Below, piece after piece: positions 11,189 to 24,600 of a stretch of DNA of 64,000 nt (position 1 is the stretch's first letter; every line of letters starts with the position of its first letter). Location of the stretch: assembly GCA_039621445.1 (NCBI GenBank), contig CP154954.1, positions 43,813,847-43,877,846 on the forward strand. Reading direction: 5' to 3'. The DNA comes from Euglena gracilis (Eukaryota). The notes under the pieces are model-generated. The model saw only the letters and a program-made list of their open reading frames with translations. It was not told where the DNA came from and did not search any database. The position numbers and the translations under genes are program-made.

Positions 11189-14100
11189 GTTTGATACTGC
11201 CGTTGCTGCATGTCACCCTGAACCGCCTGCTCTTCCCTGGGCTGCTGGCCGCCCACCATGCCCGGGCCAAACACCGGCAGTGCGCCGCGGATGAGGTTGC
11301 ATTGACGAGTTTGTGGTGTCCGCGGTTTATCGTGTTGTATGTGTGTTGTGTGAGCTTTCCAAGAGTCAATTGACATCCGCATTTCACTGGAATCACTGTC
11401 CGGAAGTGACCACAGTCGTGCCCAAATTGTTTGAATCTTGCTTGTGCACCATAAGAATGATGGTATGGAGTCCCAGGAAAAGATGCTCAGGCTTGAAGCC
11501 TCCTGAATGTGCAAGGGAGGACATACGAAGAGGTTTGGTCCCTAGTTTTGAATCCACTGCACAACCACGTGTGTTGTGTCTGGCATACCTGGCGCATTTG
11601 CCCCTGAGCGCGCTCGCCTGTGCACGTCCACGGTGCACAGCCCGCCGCCGACCAGCCCCCGCCAGGGGTTGTTCCTCCCCAGTCGGTCCATCTCCGGTGA
11701 GCTCGCCCGGCGGGGCTCCAAGTCCAGCAGCCTCGCCAGCACCAACATTTCCCCGTCCCTCCTCTCCAACAGCTTTGTGTGTATCCTGCGCAGGGGCAGG
11801 CTCGGGCTCGGGGCCGTGTGGCCTCCGAAAGACACAGCACAAAGAGGGTGCGGCGCAGACATTCAGCCCAAAAAGGATTGCTCTGACTCTCCTTCGGCCC
11901 AGTCCTCCATCTTTTAACCACTCCAACCGATCACCTGCTGGACATGATTTGTTTTGTTTTCCACCTGTTTCATGCCAACGTACCGCAACTGGTGCCCCCA
12001 AGGAGTTTGGTCATGAATGCAAATTTGAACCCCTCCAAGTTTGCTTTTTTTGCAACAACTGACGATTTCACCCCCCATCTTTTTCAGTGTTTCAACCTTT
12101 TTTGCATTGCCTAGAATTCATAAAAAGGCAAATTTGCCCCCAAATGTGCCCCGACGTTTGCCCCCAGCCTGACTCCCGCGATGAGGGTCTAGCTGAACCT
12201 CACGGCTCATGTCCTTCACTGCATGGGCATTGACCTCCACTGGCACGGCGCTGCCCACACAAAAACAGCTTCTTTTTTGAGTTTCCGCTTTGATTTTTTT
12301 TGAGAGGGCGGCCCGCTGGGGTGGCCATGGCCCTGACCCCTGAGCCCACCCCCCATGCAACGCCCGGTGACTGACCCGCCCGCCCTCCCGCCCCCTCACG
12401 ACGAGCAGCTGTTCGAGATCTTCCAAACGTTTGCGACAGACCCAGGGCGGCTGCACTGCCTCCCCCGACCCAGGGGAGGAGGGCAGGAGGGGCACCGGCA
12501 AGATCCTGCCTTTGGACCTCGAAAAGTCGGAAGTCAGTGAGCGCAAGGCTGAGGCCCGCAGGATGTGGGGGCTTCTCTGGTTTGAAGGCAGAACACCCCC
12601 GCTCTCAACCTGCTGCCTGAATGCGACAATGCGGCAGGTTTTGCAATCTCAAATCAAATGTTCAGCCTTCAACCATCCCCCCAAAAATTGGGGGCGTGAT
12701 CCCCTCAGCCCCCCCCCCCCCCCATGTGACTGGAGGGTATCCGGCATCCCGATGGGACTGAGATGGCACCTTGATTATGAATTTGTACCCATCTTAGGAA
12801 TCAAAACTGCCAAAAATGTGTCTTGGATTTCTAATTGGACCTATTTTTTTTCGAAGAAAAGAGTCTCAAAATGGGCACATGCAAATTGGATGTGACGTCA
12901 CGGTCAAATTTCCACATTCCCACCCCGCAACCCCTGCAGCCCCCCCCCATTGAACCCTTGCAGCGACCCACACACCCCCATTAAAAAACAATATTTTGCT
13001 GTCTTGTGTGTCCTTTTTACCCCTGTCCAGTCCTCCAAACATCAGAAATCAGGGGGGGGGAAGGGCAAAAACACATTTTTGTGTATTTTTTTGTTCTTTG
13101 TTCCAGTGTTGTTTCTTCAGTGTTTTTGCTGGGAATTTTTTTGACAATGAAACGTTTCTCATTTTGGCCCCAACTTTTCCCCAAGGCCAAAAATTTTTTC
13201 TGTCAATCTTTTGTCATTTTTGCATTTCTTGGTTGAAGAAAATGCTTATTATCCTGCGAAATGAAAAAGTTTCCCAGAGCCAATTTTTTTCAAGTCCTCT
13301 CCAGCAGAAAGTGTTTATCCCGGGGAAGCTCCAAAAGGAATTTCCATTCAATTTGCTTTTGTGTTGATTTTTTTGTTTATTTATGTTTTTCTTGCGTTTT
13401 TTTTGTGTGTATTTTTGTGCGTCACGGTTTTCGCTGGCCCATGCTGTGCCCCCCCCCCACACAGAAATTGGTGCAAGAAGCAGGAACTGAACGAAGGACA
13501 CTCACAAAGTTCAGGAGTGCTGGGGAATTGTCAAAGGGCATTCCACCCCATGGAGGGGGAGGTCAAGAAGCCTGCCTGCTGCCAGCAGCCCCCCTGCCCC
13601 AAGGCCGTCCCCCCCCCCCGCTGGGCCCAGCTCAGCTGAGCTCAGAATTCGTCCGCGGAAAGCGTCGTTTTTTTTTTTATGGAAAACAAGCAACAAAGAT
13701 CAAATGTGGTGTTTTGAGGGCCCTTAACACCGTCGGTTGTGGTTGAGGTTTCTTGTGAGTTTGGGAACGCCCAGCCTGCAACCAGCACCTCCCCCCCCCA
13801 AAGAAGCTTTGCCCCCTGAAACCCCCAGGGAGGGGGTCCAGCCCGCACCTTTTTCCAGCCAGCATCCCCCTTCATCTCTGGCATCTCTTTGGCAACTGCC
13901 TCAATTTCTGCAGCAACCCCCCCCCCCCCCGGAAAGGCCGGGCCAGAGGTGTGGGCAGTGCAGGCGGCCTGGGACAGATGGGCTGGTCCATGTGGATCAG
14001 ATCCCGACCATCCTGACCCTCCGGGATGAGAAATACTCCGCTGCCGAGTCCAGGGCTGGAAGCTTCTGTTGGGATGCCCTCCGTTGTTTTGAATTCTGGG

Positions 14101-15123
14101 AAGGCAGTGTTCGATGCCTGGCTCAAATGAGGACTAATGCGGCACAATTTTGCCAAAAGAGTTTGCACTTCTTCCCCCAGGATGGCCATATGATGGTCAG
14201 ACGGTGGTGATTGCCACCAACTGTTTTTGGTGCATTTTCTCCAGTCACAAGGTGCAGAGCATGTGTAAATCATTGCTGGAAGTGCAGACATGATGCGCGT
14301 GTGTGCGTGTTGTGCGTAACTGTGTAAGTGTGTGCGTGCGTGTGTGGGTGGGTGGGTGTTTTGGGAGCGTGTGGGCAGGTGCGAGTGAGTGTGAACGTGT
14401 GCAAGTGCTTACGTGCTCTCTCTCAACTCTCTCTTTCTCTTTGTGTGTGTTTTATGTGCGTGCATTTGTATCAGGAGTCTTGGACTCCCAGGGGAGGGGG
14501 GTAGGACAGGTGGGTCCGGCCGAGCCCCCACGGGGGGTGTCCCCCCAGGGGCCGGTGGGATATACTTTTTGGCGCCGAATGCGCCGAAATTTTTCAAAAG
14601 GTGTTATTTTTAGCATTTTTCGCAATTCTTTTGGCCATTTTCAGGGAAAATTGAGTGGGCCCCGGGACCCCCCGTCCCCCACAGGGGGGGGGGGGTGGGT
14701 GGGGGACCCCTCCCCCGGTCTTAAAAAAAAAGCCCCCTGATTTGCATACGGATGAGTGAGTAAGTGAGTGTGTGCTTGCATGTGTTTCCCTGTGCCAATG
14801 TAGAGCGTCTGTGTATGTTTGCACCAGCCTTGCCCCTGATCGACCGGGCTGTCCATGCCACGACCCTCTCCGTCGGGGGAGGGGGCTGCCTACTGCCGTA
14901 CGACCAGGTGCTGGCGGTGTGGCAAACCCTGAGCGTCCCCGGCAGCGAGGACACACCACCCCGCTGCGACCAGAAGACGCCTGTGCCGCCGAGCTGGTGG
15001 CCGGGGTATGGATGCCTGCGCACCAGACGGCAGCACTCCCTGACGCTGGGCGTGCGCTCCAAGCCGACCAACTGGCTGCTGTGTGTGACCCTCGTCATGG
15101 TGAGGCGCACCCCGGGCCATTGA
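11189..15123 (+). CDS. Putative multi-exon gene, degenerate EF-hand (calmodulin/centrin-like) protein
   Basis: Exon-like GC3-rich segments at ~11189-11295 (LILPLLHVTLNRLLF), ~11683-11790, ~12397-12525 (DEQLFEIFQTF...GTGKILPLDLEK), ~13538-13570 (FHPMEGEVKK), ~13971-14030 (GTDGLVHVDQIPTIL), ~14884-15123; junctions and start not resolved. Confidence 0.35.
14472..14739. mobile_element. hAT-like MITE, family B (same family as 59174-59453)
   Basis: CAGG...CCCCTG ends; flanks ATTTGTAT / ATTTGCAT (7/8 TSD); internal GGTGGGATATACTTTT..G.GCCGAA and CCCGGTCTTAAAAAAA shared with the 59 kb copy. Confidence 0.75.
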
Positions 15124-15500
15124 AATGCCATTTGCCTCGAAATGAATCATCTGCACCTGAAGTTTGTCAGGTTGAACTCCCATGGTATGGTTGGGTTTTA
15201 CTGAGTGTACCTATGGCGGACGTTACGCCTTGTCAAATCCCCATGGGGTTGTTTGCTACCAGAGATGGGTTCGGCCCTTCTTCGGACATTTGTTGGGGGG
15301 CTTGCTAAATCCCAAAAACTCATGCCTGTGCCACTCCCACTTTTTGGACTTGGTATCTTTTAATAAACCAGTGCCTGGGTGTCATTGAGTACTCATCATT
15401 CTTGCACGAGCGCACAGTACCCACCAGGAATACTGAAAAAAATGAGTGACCTTATGACCAAGAACTGGTTACAGATTTGATTTGGATTTGAAATGGCTGG

Positions 15501-15661
15501 ATGAAGAGTGAGGATGCTGAAAGGATGGAGGGGGGCTGGGATCGCAGCAACCCCCAGCCTCTGTTCTCTCTTGCCAGCAGAGTCCGCCTCCCGTTGACCG
15601 TTGTGGTGGCGGCGATCATCACCGGCCTCGCCACTGCCTTTCTGTGGCGGTTCTCACCCAT
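15501..15661 (+). CDS. Cyclase gene, putative exon 1 (N-terminal TM)
   Basis: MKSEDAER...[21 protein letters not shown]; intron 15662-15773 joins in frame to [20 protein letters not shown]. Confidence 0.6.
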
Positions 15662-18600
15662 GGCCGGCCCATCCCATGCCCCGTGGCTTTGGGTGGCTTT
15701 GGGCGGGGGAGGGGGGGATGGTCACCTGACTGGCTTGATGTGGGGCCGAGGGGGCAGGTGGGGGCCCGGCCATGCGGGCGATCGAGCAGGAGATCCAGAC
15801 GCTGCAGCGGGAGATGAACATTGTGCGGGACGCGGTGGAGTCCATCGGCGTCCGGCTCAACGAAGACTCCCACAGCTGGAAAATCCTCTTTGCCACAACC
15901 AAGCTGTGGCTGGGTGTTTGATTACAAGCTTCTTTTTCATTCGGAAACGACGCATGCGTCGATGACGGAGCCGATTTTGAGGGGCCTGCACCAAATGATT
16001 TGTGGGGATCCGAAAACCTCCGACGCAAAGTGCTCGCAAACGTTGATAAATGACCAAAGATGAAGGAACCTGGCCATTTGAAGTGAACCAAATCAGTTTT
16101 GTCCCAAACTCCCAGGTTTTTTTTTTCAGAGCAATCAGCAGGGAATTGAGATTGTTCTGGTGTATTTTTTTTGTGACCATGCGGACCTGGGCCAGGGGGA
16201 TCCCAACTGGGGGTCTTGGCAGTTCCTTCTTGCCCAGCCATTTTCCCGAGGCTGGTTTGAAGCCAACCAAATCTCTGCCACATCCTTGTCTGGCTCTGGT
16301 GGCTGATGCTGAGCCTTTAATGTTGTTTATTGATTACACTGCGTCCATTAATTATTGGTGCATTTTTATTATTGTATTTTAATTAATCCTTTCAATTCAG
16401 ATTATCATTTGATTATTTAATTGTTAATTATTTGATTGTTATTTAATTTTTATTTATGCATTTCATTTTGGTTGAGACTCCATATTTTTGTCATGTCCTC
16501 TTCTATGCCATTTCTGTTCTGTGGCCGGAGCTTGGGCATGAGACTGATGCAAGGCAACATCATTGGTGTCGCATATATCAGGGACCCTGCAGCAACGTAA
16601 TGTTTTAAGGAGGAGAATCATGTTCGGCAACTGAATATATTATTATATTATAGGTCTGGAGAGTTTCTCAGACGAAAAAATACAATATTTGGCTGGGTGC
16701 ATTGCATCACGATATTGAATTTGCGATTTTGATATTCATCTGATCTGATCGGATTTGATTCCCTTTCAGGCATCAGTGTGTGTTTTGTGATATTTTTTTG
16801 TGCATCATGCGTATCACAACGAAAATTTTGTGCATCCCCAGTGTATCGCCAAAGTTTTGTGTTTCATTGTATATCACCAATGGCCCAGGCACTTTTGTGT
16901 ATCACATATGTATCACCAAGAATTTACAGGAGAAGTCCAAATTGAAGGCGTTTTTTTTAATCATCTGTCAGGGGCTGAATAATCAAACACCTCACTGTTT
17001 TTGTAGACAGCATTCATCTCCTGACCCCGAAACCTCTCCCAGTCCATGGGCTGTGGTGATCGTATGTGCGCACTGTACAATTGAGTCCAGTCCTGTGAGA
17101 GCAAAACCTTTGCCTTCCCTTACACCTTGCCGGGCTGGTGCTGCCCTCCTGTAAAGTGCACACTGCGTGATGCTGCCCCTCAGGCTGGGTTGATCAGCCC
17201 CTCCCGGGTGGGGCTCGTGGAGTGCCCCAAAGTGTAGGAATGTGCTCAAAATGGGCCTGTTCCGGCCTTCCGGGCCTTCGCCGCCCAAACCCCCCTGGGC
17301 GAGGCCTTACACACGCCTTGGCCCGGACGGGGGCAGCGGGGACCCTCCGCCAACGCCACAGCGAACCGGTTCCTGGACGGCGTGGGGATGGCGCAGCAGG
17401 TGGTGCGGGGCCAGCTGGAGGAGGAGTGGCGGCAGCTGGTCCGGCAGGACCTTACGCTGGGCGTGCAGGACACCGTCGCCCAGGCCACCAACGAGGGGCA
17501 GCCGCCTCGGCTGGGTTCGACCAGCGGGAGACTGCAAATGCGTTTTCCGTGTTGTGTGTGATGTGTGTGTTCGATTTCGAACAAAATTTCGGTTTTTTTT
17601 TGATTTGTTTTTTTTTATTTTATTGGGACACTTTTCCATTTTCGCCAACAATGAATTTGGCATGGAAAAAGAAACTTCATTTTTTGATTTTTTTTTTCAC
17701 CTGATCTTTTGTGGGTCATTGTCGTGTTCCTTTAGGGGGTGCTGCAATCAGCAGCTGTGCTTCAAGCAAGGGCCCGTTCCTCCTCTGCTCCATTTCGGGT
17801 GTCACCGTCTGAGCGATGCCCAACACGGCATCTGCCCCGCCACATTGGGCCACGTTGGGGCGGGGTTGCGGGCCTGGCGGGAACTGGCTGGCGGCGCTCA
17901 ACGCCAGCGCGGCGCCGCTCGTCGACGCCCTCAACCAGCAGTCCGCCGCCCGGGACATCACGCTGGGGCGGTGGGCGGACGCGAGGCGCACTGCGATCAC
18001 AGTGCTCACCGCCCACAACGTCTCCGGCCCCCCAGCGCGGCGTTGGCGCACAACCGCTGGGGTAAACGAGGGCGGGGTGGCAGGGGGGGGGATGGAAGGT
18101 GTGAAGCAGCGCAGCCTCCACCTGTACTCCGCTGCATGCTTTTGACCCCCCGCGTATTAAGCCCGGAGGGCGGCCACGTTGGCCTGTGGCAGCGTTTCAC
18201 GCCTCGTACACCTCTCAAGCACCTTCACCTCCGGGGACACTGACTGAGTCACACGCGGCGCTGCTGCCAGTGTGCCGACGCCACCGCCTGGCCCTGTGGC
18301 CTCGCCCGGCACCGCCTGGCACTGCTGCGGGGCGCACTGGAGGCCTCGACCGGCAGCGCCAGCACGACCGACCCAGCCCTCACGGCACCACAGGGGTACG
18401 TGGCGGCGTGGGGGCGGCTGCCAGATGGCACAGCGCTCGTGTACGCGCTGAGCGCTGCGGCGGTGCAGGCCAAACAGGGGTGGGCAGGGCAGGGAGGGGC
18501 GGCGATTCACTTTACACTGTGTGACACCGGTTTTCCAGAGTGGATGGGTGGGTTGGGGCCCAGGACCCACCCCCGGGGTTGGGGTGCAGCCACGGGTTAG

Positions 18601-21600
18601 GTTTTTGCCCGGCCGAAGGGCAGACCGGAAGATTCTTTCACTGTTTTCGGCCGGTTTTGGCTGGATTTTTCGGTGGGTGGGCGGGTGGTTGACCCCCCCC
18701 CCCCCGGGAGGTAGGGGGTTGCGTGTCTTTAAGTGTGATGGGTGATGATGCACACTCACTTCTGCCTCAACTTGTTGAATCTCAGCAACCCCACCCCCAA
18801 ATCATTATTTGGGAGGGGATGCAAAAGATGATTCAAGTCATTCCAGTTCAATATCAAATGGCAAGATTTGAAAGCATGGGAGGAAACTTGGTTGATCAAA
18901 AAACGAGAGAGGGTTTGGGTGCCTTTTTGGGGACCTTTCCCAACGTTGGGAATCTTGAAGATCGCTGTACAATTCGGGGCCAGTTTCCCGTCCTGGCACC
19001 GCTCCAGTGGGGAGGACCATTGCTTCATTACCCCCCTGTGTCCAATGACCGAAAACCTCTGTCCTCCGTCTGGGGGGGGGTCGTTGGACACAGGGGAGTC
19101 ATTGGACATCCTCGGGGGGGGGGGCACTTTTTACCAGCCCCAAACCAACCCACCCAATTTTTTTAAACCCACCGAAGCACAACCCCCCACCCACCCTGAT
19201 CTGGCTTCATCTCACGTGTGTAAATGCAGAATTAAGTTAGAATTAAGAATAAATAATTAATACTAGAGTCTTCTGGCCCTTTGAGATGTGATACATTGAT
19301 ACATGCGTTAACATGAACTGATAACATAAATACAATAAATGCCAAGGTGAATTTCCTGAGTGCCAAGGGGCACGGATGCCCGTGCCGAAGAATGCCCAAT
19401 CCACGCCCGTCATCCTTTTCTGTGAAGAAATCAGCTGGTGCCGGCGCCTCAAACAATGGCTGGGGGGACCTCCTTAATAATTGCCCCCACAGACCGCGGC
19501 CGACAACCGCCATCCCCCCCCCCCCCCGGCTGTCCGCGGCCCCACCCCTGAGCCCAGGTTCGCGGAGCAGCAGACAACGGCCACCGCGGCGGGCTTTGCC
19601 GCCCTCAACGGCACGCTGCGGGTCTTGCTGACCCGCCTCGACGCCAACGGCACCCTCCAGGTCACGGGCAGGTCCCGGTGTGGCGGCCCCCAGTGCACCG
19701 AGGGCGAAGGGGGAGGGGAGCTGGTCCCGGCTGGACCCAACCCTTGAACAGCCAATTCCCCATCAGCAACACACTGCGACAAAGCAGTGCATCGGACAGG
19801 AGCCATTTCGAAGGGATATATCTGTCCCAGAATAATTCCTCTGAAATGTGAGGGCGGCCAATGGCTGCGCTTGGACAAACACCGGACCCCGTTGAGGCCC
19901 CAGCTGCCCCCATGGGTACCTGCTGTGGGAGGGCTGCCATGCCTGTTCGGAACCCACGACCAGTCCGGTAACCCAACGGCGACACCAGATGTTTCCCAGC
20001 GTTTGTTGTCCCCAAAACCTTCGGGGCGTTGCTTGCGCCCGGCAACAAGCCCCGGGGCTCCGCCGATGCCCCCGTTCAACCCCCAGAAACGGAGTGGCAC
20101 GTCTGTCCCTGCCCCCGCGCCACTGGGGCCTGGCGGGGGGCCCCAGCGTCCCTGGCTGCCCCGGCTGGCAGTCCTGGCCGGGCCCCCACTCCCCCTGCCC
20201 CCCACCCCCACTCACCGGTCAGCGTTGGGGCCCGCCGCCGGCCCCCGCTGACGCGGGCGCTGAACGAGACGGCCCAGCAGTGGGGGGTGGACCCCTGCGG
20301 GGCGGACGAGGTCTTGGCCCGGCGGCCCCGGCGAGGGGTCCACTGTTTACTGTTTGCCAACCGTTGTTCCGTGTCCCTCAGGCTTCGCTCTGGGGGGGGG
20401 GGGGGCAGTGGCTGGGGTTGGGCGGGACTGGGCCCGCCGGCGGCCGGTGGCGTACGGCCCCGTCCCCAGCCTCGGCCTAGGGCTGGTCGTGTACCGCAAC
20501 GCCTCCGCTGCACGGGCGGCCGTGACGGCGGCGCTGGCGGGGACGTTCGAGCAGCTGAACCAGGACCCGACCCGGGAGGAGAAGCTGTTCCTCGTGGAGC
20601 CTGCAGGGGCCACCCCTCGTTCGCAGCTGTCATCGTATTGTGGATGTAAGGTATTGGCAGTGCCTTTTTGTATTGCTTTGTTGCTTTAAATTTTTCCTTT
20701 TTATCCTTTTCTTTTTCACCCAGCAACTTTCTGCGTTGTGCTTGGAAGAAAAATCGACTTAAATACTTCGCATCGCCTCATTTTTTTTGAAGTCGAAGCA
20801 AATTTTTGTCTTGGTTGGCCCCCCTCAAAAAGAAAGTTTCCAATTTGGTTCCCTGTTTTGCCACTGTCCTTTTTGAAGTTTGCTGAGGTGGTTACCGCAG
20901 AACGATGCGGCCCCGGTTCAACTTTCCCAGGAATGGATGTGTCCGCTGCCTGACCCCAGCCAGCGCCGCTTTTTCAGTGTTGCGAACTCGCTGCAGGGTG
21001 TTGATTCCCTGATACCTTTTCACCCAACCCCTGCGCAGGACTCAACTTTCATGCTCCCTCTGGCGGTCTGCAAAGGTTTAGACCGTGCTTTCCTCTTCCT
21101 TCCAACCAAAGGTATTGGACACAGCCCTTGCTCTGTAAAGGGTTCAGGAGAGTATTGGGAGACATACATATGTGCCCGTCCGAGAGGATACCGTCGCTGT
21201 TGTCGACCGTGTGCGTGGACGAATGCTATGGCGACCCACCGAATGGCTCGGCTCCCAACCGGGGCTCGAAGCAGGCGCCTTCCCACTCGCAACAGGGGTT
21301 TTGTGTGTTGTTTGTTTTGATTTTGATTTTCTTTGTTTTTTTTAATTTGGGGAATCAACCCCCCACCAGTCATGCAGATGCTCTTTCAACTTGAAAAAGA
21401 GTACATACGATGAAGTTGTGGCTGTTTATTTATTCCAAGGGGATTGTTTGGGTGCAAACGACAGCTGTGCCCACAACACCAGCAGAAAGTCACCTGAGAA
21501 ATGAAGAAGAGTTTGTGGAATTGCACGGTTATTTTCCAGAAGGACCCAGGGGAGGGGTGGGTTGGTGGGTCTGCTGGACCCCTCCCCCCCAGGGGGAGGT

Positions 21601-24600
21601 TGACTGGATAGCCTGCCAGAGTTTTCCTCCATTCTCGGCAGGAAAGTGCCGAGTTTTCTCGGACCCCAAAATGTGGGTCCTTCTCAGCTGGGGGGGGGGC
21701 ATCCCCCCCCCAACCGGGCAATGGGCACCCTCTGCCCAGCCCCGGCCTCAGCGTCGCCCTCCAGATTGCCCTGATGCCCGAGGAGGGCCTCGTGACGGGC
21801 AGCGACCGTTACGGGGTGCTCTACACCGCCGGCCACGACCGCCTGCCGGCGCTCGGGCTGTGCTTTGCGGTGGGGCTCGGCCGCCCTCCTCCTTCGGACT
21901 CCGACAAGGGGAGGGGTCGGGGGGCTGCTTCCACTCTTGCATAAGGCCGCCATTCGTATTCGGGCTTTCAATCCTGTTACAAGAGTGGTGCGCCCTTTTC
22001 ATGGTCATCCCTCCGACCCCCCCCCCCCTGTGGGTGTTGCCAGCCTATGGTATGAGGCTGCCTCCTTCCTGGCCGGGAAGTTGCAGTTGCGGGAGGTCGG
22101 CCGGCCGCGATATCGGAGGAGGACACCCAGGCAGAGGGGCTGCGGCTGGTGCTGACCTACATCGAGCGGCAAAACAATTTGACAAACACCTCGCAGGAAA
22201 TCTTGGGCAGGCCTTGCCTTGTGCAACATTGTACACACCGTCACCCTTTTTGCCTTGCGGTCAGGTTCAATGGTGCAGTCCTATTTTTTTGTTCATTTTC
22301 TATGCATGTCCACTTGGTGGGTCAAAAATTAAAGCAAGTGATTCAGTGGGTTGTCCTTTTTTTTATAATTTCCAACTGCTTTTTATGGCCACATTCACAA
22401 TGACCTGACAGGAAATGCCAAATGGACGAGGGAAAAGTACAATCGGGGGTAGACAGCATTAAATGAAAGGGGTTTTTTTGTGGACATTGGGGAATGGAAA
22501 TAACTCTCTCCCACTTGTGAAATTTGGCCTTTACACTTAATTTTGATGTAGGGTGCCCTACCCAAAACACTTGTGGTCATTTGACTTGTGCCAAATCTGA
22601 GGATCTGTACAAACCGAGAATCCGTGAGCAAAGAATAAATACGCTGTGTACTCAATGTACAAATATCAGTGGGCATAGGCGTCTTGGCCAGCCCCAGGAG
22701 GATTGGGAGTGGATCCAAAATGCCTCATATCTCTCCAGGTTTTGGTTCCAAAGCCTCTTGTATGGGGACAGTAGGGTGTGGAACCTCAGTCCACCAAACC
22801 CAGGAATCAAAAGCATAGCACTGTAGGCATTACGGGCCTGGGGCTTGGAAAATCAAAACAATTGGATTAAGGCGTCAGCCACTTGGTCTGTGGTGGCTTC
22901 GTGGGGGGGGGTACCCCCATTTACTCCAAAATTACCCACAGGAGCGTAAACACACTCTGGTAACGCTTTAAACTGGGGTTTCTTCCCAGGAAATCGTTAA
23001 TGGTTTGAATCTGTGCTTGTTTCCCCTCCAAAATTTGCCTGAGCAAATCATGCAAAGGGGTATTGGAAGCCACCCTGGTGTTCCTATAATCCTTTGTCCA
23101 ATACACCTTTCTCACCCTCGGGGTGAGCCACTCTCAAGGGGTAGTTGTTCCACACACAAAAGACAGGCGATGAAATATGGTCATTTTTTGGGTTTGTTTT
23201 GCAATGAAAGATCACAAAAAATGACTGCCAGAAGACCAAAATTATTGAGATTTACCATCATTTTCTTTGAGATGTTTGATTTCCCCATTCTTTTTCCAGA
23301 GAACCAAAATTTTTTGTTATTTGTTTTTTCTGTATTTCATCCATATAATTTTGTCTCCAAAGTTTGTTTGTCTTCTTGTGTTTTGAACGGGGATTAAACA
23401 TCTTTTTTTCCCATCTGTGGTGACAACTGCTTGCTCAAGGTGCTGAAAATCGAAGTCTTTTCTGAAGAAAAATAAAATACACAAGAGATAAAACGAAAAA
23501 ATTGTAAAATAGTTGAATGATTGTCCCATTGAACTGCCCCAACTTCTGTCAGTTCCCTCCAGCAATCTGGCAGGACCCTTGCCACCTGAATGGAAGTTGT
23601 CAGGGTCCCCACGTCGGCAGTCATGGCGTGGCTGGTCCACGTGCCACTTGGGTGCCTGTCACACCCCCATTCCTCGGAGGCAATGGCGTGCCGCGGATGG
23701 CGAAGGCCGTGGCGGGGGTGCGGCAGGCGGACATCGATGGGCCGGAGGACTTCCGGTACCTGACGAGCCTGCGGTTCTCCGGCCAGTGCCGCCCGCCACC
23801 ACTGCCCAGCCCCCCCCCCCCCAAAGAAAGACAACCTAAAATTGTTGGAGTTCTGAAAGGGATTAGGGTTAGGGTTAGGGTTTGACGAATAGGATGAAAT
23901 GGACCAGAATTCATGTGCTTTTACACTTAACTGCCTAATTTGGCCTAAATCCTTTCCCTGATCCTTTTCCTAACGCCAACCATAATACTCACCCTATCCC
24001 TGTGTGTTTAAGAAACCCCCATTTAATTCGAATCCCATCCACAAAAGGGGTTATTGTTATTTTTTATTTGTGTGTTTTATAATTTGGGAATTCATCCCCC
24101 GCCAGTCGGGCAGATGCTGATGAGAGAGATTCTCTTTCAGCTTGAAAGAGAGCACATACCTAACCCCCCCCCAAATAAGACCCCCCAAAAATAAGCCCCC
24201 CCCCCCCCAAAATAAGACCCCCCCCCCTGGGCCGATCGAGCAAAAATCCAAAATAAGACCCCCCCCCCCATAAATAGGACCCCCCCTGACGGCGCGAAGC
24301 GCCGGGGACGGTGAAATTTTTCTCTGCGAAATTGCCAAAAACCCAAATTTCACACACAAAAATGATGAAATTTCAAAAAATTTCAGATTCTTGACGTGCA
24401 AAAAACATGCTAAATGTCAACTTACACAAATTTACACATGGCGCGAAGCGCCGAAGGAAAATTTTTAGTGTTTTGGGAACCTGAAAAATGATGTTTTTTT
24501 CGGGCCCGGGTCGGTCAGTCAAATTCAAAAATAAGACCCCCCCCTGGAGGTTTCCAGCAACGGACCCAAAAATAAGACCCGGGTCTTATTTTTGGGGGGG

